A DNA stretch of 64,000 bases from Entomortierella parvispora E1425. Its lineage: Eukaryota; Fungi; Mortierellomycota. Made by a program: the position numbers and the translations under genes. Positions 15,052 to 24,655 of the stretch are shown in pieces. The DNA is taken from the NCBI GenBank assembly GCA_020891255.1, contig BQFW01000009.1, positions 124,001 through 188,000 of the forward strand. Reading direction: 5' to 3'. Under the pieces are notes generated by a model, which ran no database searches, was not told the DNA's origin, and saw nothing but the letters and a program-made list of their open reading frames with translations. Every line of letters begins with the position of its first letter. Positions within the stretch are counted from its first letter, which is position 1.

Positions 15052-16941
15052 TTAGGTAGGAGTCCCTTGGCTGCAGCCATGGCCAAATTCACTAGGTTGA
15101 TCCTTAGGTGTGACTGTCCCTTTGTCCATAGCCAACTTCAGGAACCAAACTTGTGGACAACTTGAGGCAATCTTCTTAAGTACAAATATCGACAGGAATT
15201 TTGGCATGTTCTTCGTCAATAATCGGATGATCTGTGATGACAAACTCTAAGCAAGCGGAAACAGATAATAATGCATGTTCAAAGACCTGATCTCTATCTG
15301 ATCCCTAACTGCTTTTCCTGAAACAAAGTGAAGAGGGCATGCTTACAGTTCCAGGGACTTTGGAGAGTATCCGCCCAAAATAGTAGGCCGCCATCGCTTG
15401 AGAGTGGCGTTCCTTCCTATACTCCTCAAAGATTTTCTCGGTGTCCTGATTATCCAGATGTGGCAGAGCAGCAATCCATTTGGATAATACGACCGCATCT
15501 TGTATCGCATTCAGTAGTCCAATGCCACTTGCAATATGAATCTATTCAAGGCAGTCAAGAGTGTAATAATAATTTGCCACATTAGGCGTAGAGCAAATAT
15601 TTCACAATATCATTTTAAAGAAACCAATAAGTCAGCCCCGTGGTGTTTACCTTGTGGCACGCTTTGGTCCAACGAAGATAAATAACACGTAAAAACTCGA
15701 TTAGTTTACGCGTACCCACAAGGAGCGACTATCAACATGAGGATTGTGAGCAGATACCATCACCAAGAAGTACAGTTCGACCACTATACCAAGTGTCAAA
15801 CACCTTCTCTTCCAACATGACTTTGGAGATCAAATGCTTAGGTGTCTTGTCCAGCAAGTGTCCCATCGTCATTTTCGAACCCTCTGGTCTGAGCGTGATT
15901 GGAAAATCATAGACAAGCTTGCACATCGACTCTGCGGCCTCCTGACCCCATTCTGAGCTTCGATAACTCGCGTTCTCTTTACTTGATTTTCGCTCAAGGT
16001 ACTCGATCACGACCCAACAGATCCGGTTATCGGCCGTGGCTCCTGTCATCCAAGAGTAAGGTTTGTTATCGCCTTTAATATTGCATAACCTAGATAGGGA
16101 TTGGAGCAACTCTGGAAACTCAGTTGGATCCAAGGGTTCTGTTTGCCCAACGATGCAAGTGGTTGTAAACGGCAATGGCATTTCATCTGATGCTGGCAAC
16201 TTGTTCTCTTCTTTGAGTCCGCTATACAATGCTTGTCGCACTGCACTATAGGCACCATCGGCCCCCACCAGGATATCACCGTCATAGGTCGACTTGTCTG
16301 CACACTCGATTCGAACACCCTGTCTATCTTGTGACATGGAAAGTACTTTTTTGTTCATGAAGATTTTGTCCTTCAGGATACCTTGCATGAGCAATCCATG
16401 AAACACAGGACGCGAAATGATGTAGCAGCGATCTCCACCCCTGTTTAAATACAAGTTGTAACCAAAGGATAAGGGAGCCGTAGTTACCAATGTCAGCAAT
16501 CTCCAGCAAGATCAGTATTATATTATTACAGTAGCGCAGTTGCTTACATCTCAAACACTGGAGAAACATCCAACCGGAACTCAAATTGTTGTTCATTGTA
16601 CATATCCATCGCTGTACACTCTTTCGCAACTTTTTAAAAATTCGTCATAGATGCCAATTTGCCTAAGGAACGGCATCATATTCGGGGCCACACCAATAAC
16701 GGATCCTTATTTTGAAGCGGACAATATATTTAACATGGTCGTTTGCCAGGAGTGGTGTGTAATCGGCCTGCGCAGGATTTTTGGTCACATAATATCTCTT
16801 ACCAAGAAATTTCATTTCCGAGGCTCGCTCAAAGACCTGGTATGGGATACCGGCCTTTTCTAGCTGGATCGCTAACGAGATGCCACCCATGCCTGCGCCG
16901 ACAATCAGCACTTTTGGTTGGTAGGTTTGTGCAGAGGACAT
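15052..16941 (-). CDS. FAD-dependent monooxygenase (FAD_binding_3 family), 6 exons, with an apparent +1 frameshift at 16631-16635
   Basis: 'VLIVGAGMGG..VFER', 'GDILVGADGAYSAVR', 'RTVLLGDA|CHK|IHIASGIGLLNAIQDAVVL'. 11-nt microexon at 15651-15661. One extra A in exon 2 breaks the frame. Confidence 0.87.
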
Positions 16942-17098
16942 ATACACAATGTATGTATAAGTATAATAGTGAGAGCACAAAGAGGTTCGAAGTAGTTAAA
17001 AAAAGAGAGAGGGTTGAGAATGAGCTTGAGGAAGGAAGAGAATCTGAATAAAACAGCAGAGAGAGTGAAAGAAAGAAGATTGTTATTGAAAAAAAGTA

Positions 17099-17549
17099 GG
17101 GTCTGGGACCGGGTGGGAAAGATGAATCGGTGCACCGCGTCTCTCAAAAAAAACCCCCCGGTGCACCGAGCCGGGTTTTTTTTAAATACAAAGCGTGGAG
17201 TAAAGTAATCTTCCCATTCTCCTAAACAGCAAACAAAATAAGCGCATGCCTTCAGCTATTGTTCATGGCGATGGTAATTGTACTGTGCACTAAAAATCAG
17301 TGCCTCTAAACGGACACGGCTTTCGGGCCTTCATGGACTGGGTCTGGCTTCTCAGGGGGCATTGAAAGGAGATTTGTGGAGAGGTGAGATCTGTATTTCA
17401 AGCTGCGCGCAAACAAAAGACAAAGGGGAAAAAAAAGGGGGGGGGGGGGTATCACCAGAACCGCGGTTCCAAAAAATATACGATTTTGGCGCACCGACTT
17501 CGAAAAAAAAAACGAGAACCGCGGTGCACCAAAGACTGGTCCCAATCTC
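17099..17549. mobile_element. Putative MITE / non-autonomous DNA transposon remnant (~450 bp)
   Basis: Imperfect inverted ends: TAGGGTCTGGGACC..GGTGCACCGCGTCTCTC versus reverse complement TAGAGATTGGGACC..GGTGCACCGCGGTTCTC. TA on both flanks; no coding capacity. Confidence 0.45.
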
Positions 17550-18299
17550 TACATGAATCTAGATCGGACTTGTACGCGTCTCTTGTACCTTCGATCTAGA
17601 TCACGTATCTGAGCTTGACACTGGGCTCATACAACTACCCTCCTGGACTTCAGTATAGCTCTTTGGCTGTAGTCCTCCTTGGTATGTCTCTCAGCCTCGC
17701 CAATCTGGTCCTCCGTCTCTGCCTACCTCATTGTCGTCGCCACCTAGGATTCTACCCATAGGAACGGCTTATGATTAGTACCTGTTCGGATAACGAACTT
17801 CTTCGACTCATCTCGATACCGGCCTGGACCTGATCTGGGCTAGATCGAGGCCTACCTCACTCTCTACTCTAATCCCCTTTGATCTCATCCCCCAGTCTGC
17901 AATTCACAATAAACCATACCTTTCATTCACCTTCTTGTTCCTGCCTTGTCTGTTCGTGACAAAATGGGGTTGATTCGCACCGAGAATAATTGGGGCTTTA
18001 TTGCGGCTTTTATTGTGGCTTTTATTGTCTCAGGCACAGTCTTCACTTAGCATATCATGAATGCCTCTCTGACGCGAAACCACTCTAACCGACTGCTCGT
18101 CCAGCAAGTTGTCAAAGGGGTGTATAAAAGAATGACAAATCAACTGGTTGGTGCTTTTGCCTCCAGCGTTGCAAACAATGGACAATGCCACAGTGCTCCA
18201 CTCAGCGTCCTTACAGTATCACTTCCATAAGAATGGATAGCAGTTTGTGGCAGCCAATCGTTCATAGGGATATTGATTTTTGATCCTTTCATGAAGCTT

Positions 18300-19060
18300 C
18301 ACGTTTTGTTTTGTCCAGTGATTGTAGGGACCTTGCTGCCAAAGACGTAGTATGACGGGCGAGTGAGTGGGGTATATTTCCCTGCTCCGAGGTGAGAACG
18401 TCTCTTGATTGATTTGACCATTCTCGACGTGAGATTCTACGCACAATAAGATTGAAGATTAAATAAGGAACAGCAAATTTAGTGCAGCACAGACATAAAT
18501 GGGAGCGAGTGGATGATTGAAAAGAACCTACTTTCACAGCGGTCAATGGGCCTAGAGCCAACAGTAGCGTCGTAAGGTCGAGTCGGTCTTGCGGTAACTT
18601 GAATCGTCCAAGACTCTTCGGAATGTAGATGGCTTCATGTTCCAAACTCATGGTGTGCAATATCCCGATCGACATCCTATCCGCAATCAATCCCAATCAA
18701 CGAGCCGCAGCTACACTCCCTCACGAGCATGGGAGGGATTGGGCTAGCCTCAGCTATTGTTTGATTGCAAGACGGAATGTCGGCTAAATGGATTGTAATG
18801 TACGAAGCCATCTGCAAACAATCATAATCAACGGACCGCAGCCTCACTCCCTCACGAGCATGGGAGGGATTAGGCTAACCTCAGCTATTGTTTGATTGCA
18901 AAAATGGCACATCTCAGCATGCACCCCAATCACCAAACTCCTCAGAAGTCGAGAAGGGATAGTGGACGGTGGAGGATGTTGTTGCGTGTAAAGATTGAAC
19001 TGTGATATAGAGATAGACTTGCCTTGTTCAGACCTGTTCTTCGTCAGAGATGTACAATAC
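18300..19060 (-). pseudogene. Decayed fragment of an unrecognised spliced gene
   Basis: Protein-like frame 'GLIADRMSIGILHTMSLEHEAIYIPKSLGRFKLPQDRLDLTTLLLALGPLTAVK' followed by a GTAGGT...TAG intron-like segment. The upstream part is disrupted by a duplication. Confidence 0.4.
18714..18901 (+). repeat. 57-bp direct repeat (18714-18770 and 18845-18901, 2 mismatches) containing a TCCCTC/GAGGGA hairpin
   Basis: CACTCCCTCACGAGCATGGGAGGGATT(G/A)GGCTA(G/A)CCTCAGCTATTGTTTGATTGCAA occurs twice, 131 bp apart. Confidence 0.9.
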
Positions 19061-19209
19061 AATACGGACAGTGAGGGAACTGAGGCAATAATGGTGTAGA
19101 TGAAGGCGGGTGGTGAATTGACGCGTGTGCACGTGCTAGATCCAAATTTGCATGACGTCAGCTAACCAGAGCAAAGTCGACGTCATAATTTGGTTAAGAA
19201 AACGCGTTT

Positions 19210-19830
19210 CGTTTTACATGGCTCTAGCATGGGGGGGCCACAAAAAAAAAAATCTGGGTTTACATGGCTCTAGCACGGGGGACCACTTGGGACCAACTTT
19301 GATCTCATGATGCTCGAGATTCTGATTAAGATCCCGTGTGCCTGATGGCATCATCAGATCATCAGATAGCTGCAGCCGAGGACTACTGCAAACCAAGGTG
19401 CCAGGGCGCCAGGGTCTGACCTTGCCACCGAAAAAGGGCCCCAAACGACCCTAAAAACATCGAAAAGTCGACCCCGCGCCACCAACCTTATAGGGGTTTA
19501 GCACGGGGGGCCCTTTCATGTCATGATGCTCGAGATCTAGCCAAGATACGGGGTGATACGGGGTTCCTGATGGCATCATCAGAAAGATACACTTGGGGAC
19601 TACCTACAACCAAGGTACCAAGGCCCCAGGTCCTGAACTTGCCACTGAAGATCAAGATTTACAGGGCACTAGCACGGGAGGCCAACTTTTTTTTTGGGGG
19701 GGGGGGGGGTTACAAGGCTCTAGTACGTGGGACCCAGGCTCTAGCACGAGGAACCAACTTCGATGTCATAGTTCTCTGGATTTCGATGATGGTCCCTGGT
19801 CCCAAAGTCCTTCAAATGATCACTGCGCCA
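19210..19830. repeat. Degenerate tandem repeat (~220-bp period) with six (C/T)TAGCACGGG-like sub-repeats
   Basis: Shared blocks TCATGATGCTCGAGAT (19305, 19521) and CCTGATGGCATCATCAGA (19341, 19566), plus a paired AACCAAGGT.CCA.GGC.CCAGG block. The CTAGCACG motif occurs near 19224, 19270, 19498, 19669, 19720 and 19741. Confidence 0.8.
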
Positions 19831-20555
19831 CCTATTTGGACCTGATTGGACGTAATTGACGGTGGCAAGTTGGTGGCAAGACGCGAAAGGTTGGTAGCAA
19901 GGCGCGCAAAAATTGGTGCGCTCTGTGTACTTGCTCTGCAGTGCTGAATCGTAAAAGTGTCCACTGTGAGCCTTGTACTCGTTGTGAAGACGCAGACGCT
20001 TTCTTTTTGTCAAAGGTCCCTCGCTGGCGCAGGGTTTATTGTGTTTATTGTCTGATACTTGTTAGTAACTCACTCTAGCGCGCATGCTCCACCCAAGGGA
20101 AACTGACTGAATAAAATGCTTCTGCATTGTACAGCCCGTCCAAGACGGCCCATTCACCAAGGTTTCGCGACCCGCGACCTCTTGGCTGGGACCTTTTTTT
20201 TTCTTTTTTTGTTCCGCAGGGGTGCCTCTTTGGCTTGACCTATGCTATCACAGTCCCAGACCGGGGCTTGAACAGCCTTCTCAAGATCGATTTCAACTAT
20301 AAGGCTGTATACTGTGTGTATCACACACAAATACTATACACGGGCTGGGAGCCTGTGGTTGTCCCAGGGAGCGATCATTGCTGGAATTCAACTGTAAAAA
20401 TACAAAAGGCTTTACACTGTTGTCCAAGGTAGAGCGATCATATATATGTCTTTTCAAACTTGGCTAACGAAATGTCTATTTTTCTTTAGTTTTTATTTGT
20501 TGCGAAACGTTCATGTCTATTTGTCTATTGTCATTCATTTTTTTTTCTTTATTCG

Positions 20556-22925
20556 TCACTGAAAGTTGAAATGGGAGAAACGTGCACCAGCCCCATCGGC
20601 AGATTGAGGATCTTTGGCCTTCTTGCGCCGCGGACTCGAATCGGGTGTGGTTCCTTGTCCCGATGAGGAGTTGGGCGCCAAGTCCCAGTTCACGGGATGG
20701 TTGCGTGGCAATGGTTGCTTCTGAGCTCCCCTAGTCTCCTCTCGATCATCGTTATGGTACCCGTCCGACCCAGAGGCGATCCAAGGAGGACTAGGCATCG
20801 TGGGTGCGGCCAAACCAGGGGTCTTTGGAGATGTGACCTTGGCAGATGTGGGCGAGGCTTGACTCATCGCTGTCGGGGACGAGTTCGCGTCCAAGGGTTG
20901 ATGTGGGAGCGGGGTGATGGGACGGGATTGGATCGTTAGAGGAGCTGATGTCGTAGTCTGAGCCGAACTGCTACGGGAACTGTTGCTCTGTGTGTGGCTG
21001 TTGTTGGAGACTGAAGTCATGGTGGCGGTCGAAATTGAAGAGTTGGAAGAGCAGAGAGAATCGTTTCGCGAACCGCGGGGTGGGGGGAGGGCGGGGGGCG
21101 TTTTTGGCTGTGTGGGCGATGAACTGGAGGTGGTTGAAGGGGAGGTGGCAGGCTGTGCTGTAAGGGTCGTTGGAGAAGGAGTCTTGATTTCAGACATGGA
21201 TGAAAGCGGAGAAAACTGTAGAGGTGGGAGTGAGTGCGGCATGTCGGGCAGCTTTAGTTGACTTGGCAAGGCGGGGAGAGGTTCCGCCACTCGTGGAAGT
21301 GGGAAAGCCTCAATCCAGGTTGTGCTGGGTTCTGGAGGAGAGTACATCGCAGGGAGGTTTGTTGGGATTGGCGAAGGAACTCGAACAGGTTCTTCCTGCC
21401 CATGAGGGCGCTGAGTAGGGCCATTTGGATTCGGTGGGGTGATGGAGTTGGCACGTCGAGGAAGCACCGCTGGAGAGACGGCAGGGCTTTTGGTAACCGA
21501 CTTGCTAGGCTCCGGCCTTGGTTGCACCTGAGGCAACGATTGTGGGGGCGGCGAAGGAACGGGTGGAGCAGGTTGGGCCTTGAGATATGGCTCGAGGACC
21601 AAATGAGCTGTGGTAACCAGCTCCTCGCTGTACAAATCATCTGCATTTCCTTCAGTCGGTGCAAGAGACGGAACCTCAATCACCGTCTCTGGGTGCAGCT
21701 GAGGGTTAACACGACTTTGACCTTGCCGGTGGTCCTTCGAGATGCCCTCGTGTTCTCCTGTCTGAATTGTCTGGTGGTTCAATGGCTCTCGATGGTCGTG
21801 AAGAAGAGTCGGCAAAGGAATCGAATGGGGCTCTTGTTTGAATCCTTCGGGGAGAATTGCCTGGGGAGGACGTCGCACCTCTTCTTTGTCCGAATGGAGC
21901 CTCTCCTCTTTGCCCAAAAATGGGTTTTCGGACGATTTTCTTTCATTTGCGACGTCTGCTTCCTCTTTTGCTCCCAAATTGCTGTTGGGCGTATTGGGCC
22001 CTGCTTCTGAGACGACCTGAACACGTTGTTGTTGTTGCTGCTGCTGTTGCTTGGCGTTGGCCGAGATGCGACGTGCATTCTTTAATGGCGTGGGGGGCGA
22101 CGAAGATGTGGAGGCTGGGGAGGCGGAGGAAGAGGAAGAGGAGGGAACTGCTGCAGGGTTTCTGAGTGTATTGACGGCCGACGCGAAAGGGTCCATATTG
22201 GGACTCCTGGGCACTATCACCACTGGGGGCTCTGCATCCATCAGTCGAGGACGAGTCATGTTCAGCACCATTGTAGACTGGATCGTGTTGTGTTCAGTGA
22301 TATAGGGTCGGTTGGCTCCTCGCAAGGGTCGCGGCAACGGGGATACACCCGAAGGGACAGGCTTCTGATTACGAAGTGGGTGCTTGTGAGGGTTCGAAGG
22401 GCTTGTAGAGAGGTACACTGGTGGTAAAGCCGCCAGCTCGACCGCCGAATAAGAGACTGACCTGCGGACCCCAGTCGCGGAATGAAGGGAGGAGGAGGAA
22501 GGATTCTTGACCGTCGCCATAGGCTCCTGATCCCCATCATGGACATCCAAAAGGTGGACGCTGAGATTGCTGAGCGATGTGGGATTGGGTAGGGCATAGG
22601 GGCTGGGAGATCGCGGATGATCCCTGGTGGTGGCGGGTTGGGGCCGATACGGGTGATCGTTTTGGGCACCGTTGCGTTTGGAGGACGAGGGCAGTGAGAG
22701 CAGGGGGTTCGATGAAAAATGAGGGAAGCGAATATGATTCCGGGAAGGATCCGCTGCCGGTGCCTCTGCCGAGGTCGCCAGGGCTTCTTGCTGGGCACCC
22801 TCACGCTCCCTCCGACGCTGAGCTGGAGACTTGCGCGGATGCTTGCGAATGTAGCAGTAGACCAAGGCACACGAGGCAAGGACGATCACAATGAAGACTA
22901 AGGCGATGATTGGTACTTCCGCCAT
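20556..22925 (-). CDS. Hypothetical Pro/Ser-rich protein with a single N-terminal transmembrane segment
   Basis: 789-aa single ORF starting MAEVPIIALVFIVIVLASCALVYCYIRKHPRK; the remainder is low-complexity. Confidence 0.8.
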   Translation of the reverse strand: MAEVPIIALVFIVIVLASCALVYCYIRKHPRKSPAQRRREREGAQQEALATSAEAPAADPSRNHIRFPHFSSNPLLSLPSSSKRNGAQNDHPYRPQPATTRDHPRSPSPYALPNPTSLSNLSVHLLDVHDGDQEPMATVKNPSSSSLHSATGVRRSVSYSAVELAALPPVYLSTSPSNPHKHPLRNQKPVPSGVSPLPRPLRGANRPYITEHNTIQSTMVLNMTRPRLMDAEPPVVIVPRSPNMDPFASAVNTLRNPAAVPSSSSSSASPASTSSSPPTPLKNARRISANAKQQQQQQQQRVQVVSEAGPNTPNSNLGAKEEADVANERKSSENPFLGKEERLHSDKEEVRRPPQAILPEGFKQEPHSIPLPTLLHDHREPLNHQTIQTGEHEGISKDHRQGQSRVNPQLHPETVIEVPSLAPTEGNADDLYSEELVTTAHLVLEPYLKAQPAPPVPSPPPQSLPQVQPRPEPSKSVTKSPAVSPAVLPRRANSITPPNPNGPTQRPHGQEEPVRVPSPIPTNLPAMYSPPEPSTTWIEAFPLPRVAEPLPALPSQLKLPDMPHSLPPLQFSPLSSMSEIKTPSPTTLTAQPATSPSTTSSSSPTQPKTPPALPPPRGSRNDSLCSSNSSISTATMTSVSNNSHTQSNSSRSSSAQTTTSAPLTIQSRPITPLPHQPLDANSSPTAMSQASPTSAKVTSPKTPGLAAPTMPSPPWIASGSDGYHNDDREETRGAQKQPLPRNHPVNWDLAPNSSSGQGTTPDSSPRRKKAKDPQSADGAGARFSHFNFQ

Positions 22926-24655
22926 CGTAAAAAAGATTTTTTGCTGTGGTGTTTTTGTTCACTAATTGAAGGTTGATGGACGTGTTTTGGCTATTGCGCT
23001 AAAGGGCGATCAAGGAAACTATGGGAGCAGTGAGGGGCATATAGATGGAGAGGAATGTAAAGGAGGGGTAGAAAGAAAAGAGAAGAAAACAAGGACAACA
23101 GGAAGGACGTAAAAGCGGTGAAGGAGGAAGAGGAGTGAGGGTCTTCTTTGGGCTGAAATCGTGTTCAAGTGTGGCATGTAAGGGAAGATGGAGAGCTGGG
23201 CTACGAAAAAACCTAATTGAGGCAGAGAAGAAAATGAAAAAGAGGGCGGCAAGGAGGAAGAAGGGACGGTATATAAAACGAAAAGGCTGATGTGAATGAG
23301 AGATGGTGTGTATGCATGCAAACATGGCATGAATCAATTGCCTGGGTACATTTCTCAACTTGATTTCTCAATCCCTGTTATTCATTGTCTGTTCTTTTTT
23401 TCGCCCCCGGCTCTCCTTGTGAAAATGACTTTCCGCAAAAAAAAAAAAAAAAAAAAAGTGTTTATTTGTTTTTTCTGCTGTCTGCGGCATCTTCATCGAC
23501 ACCATCTTGCCCTTTCCAGCTGCAATGCCAAATCCTCCTCGCTCGTCCTCCGTGCCTCCTCTCCTCCTCATCAAAACAAAAGCCGAGATTGGTCAATGGT
23601 GGTGAGAGCAGCTGGGCCATTCATTGTCCATTCAGTCCCATATTTTTGAACTTCAAAAAAAAAAAAACAGTGAATCTGTCGTGAGTACAAACTAATAAAA
23701 AAAGAGAAAAAGAGAAAAAGAAGGGCGGGCACGGTTACACATCGTTCCTGAGCCCTCTTGAGGCGAAAAAGAAAAAAAATGAAAAAACACTCGTTGCTCT
23801 TCATTCATTTTTTTGCTTTGCTTTCTCTCGAGGACCACATCAATGGCCACATCAACGGCTATTTTTTTCGGAGGGGATGGTCTGTCTATTAAAAATGGAA
23901 TTTTCACGAGAAAAAAACATTCGATCAGACACACGTAGGAAAGACCTCGATCGTAGCAAGAACGCGCTCATTCAATGTTGATTTAGGGTCGCGTTCTGAC
24001 GCGAGACGATCCCGGGGCAACACCATCCACCCACGAAAAAAGAAACTCAAGCTATTGGTTGACTGAGCAAACCTGTTCTTTTGTCCTTTGTGTTTTATGC
24101 TTATTTATCCGTCTGTGTTTTGTGCTTGGCAGTGCCACAGAGGAGCACAGCAAGCAAAATGCTCCTTTTTTTCTTTTCCCTTTTGCTCTCTTTCTAAAAA
24201 AAACCACTGATTCCTGTGATGTGATGTTTTCACTAAGAGCTGACCCAGGGTCGCACGCACCCCTCTCCAGGCCCAGAAGGTGTCATCACATCCCACGTTG
24301 TTGTCGTTGCTGTCGTTGCTGTTTATTTGTTTGTGTCCTTTCGCCGTTTTGCACCTCCCAATTGCCCTGGCATTTCATTTCCGAAGAAAGTGAGGGTGGG
24401 AGGGTGAGAGCTAAAAAAGCAATGCAGGGAACGACGACCCTAGTCATCCTTCGCATTACAGGAAGAACGATTGTTTATACAAACTTGTTTTTTTAGCATC
24501 CCCCTGATTTGCAAGATTAAAACATCGTGGATATGGAAGAAAAACGGCCATCCGCTAGCAAAGAATTGTTTATTTCTAAACCCTGGTCACTGGAAAGATG
24601 AAACAGGGGGGAGAACTTTTGCTCCTTCGTGCGTACCGCAGGGAGTTTTTTTTTT

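Noticed and set aside
17571-17961. Possible solo LTR (TG...CA with AATAAA near its 3' end)
   Set aside because: No matching 4-6 bp TSD, no partner LTR, and the following TGG sequence does not have tRNA primer-binding-site spacing.
18714-18748. Helitron 3' end (hairpin followed by CTRR)
   Set aside because: CTAG/CTAA is followed by C rather than the T of an AT target, the hairpin loop is long, and no 5' TC end or Rep/Hel sequence is seen.
19210-19830. CRISPR-like array
   Set aside because: Eukaryotic context; the repeats are degenerate and irregularly spaced, without unique spacers of constant length.
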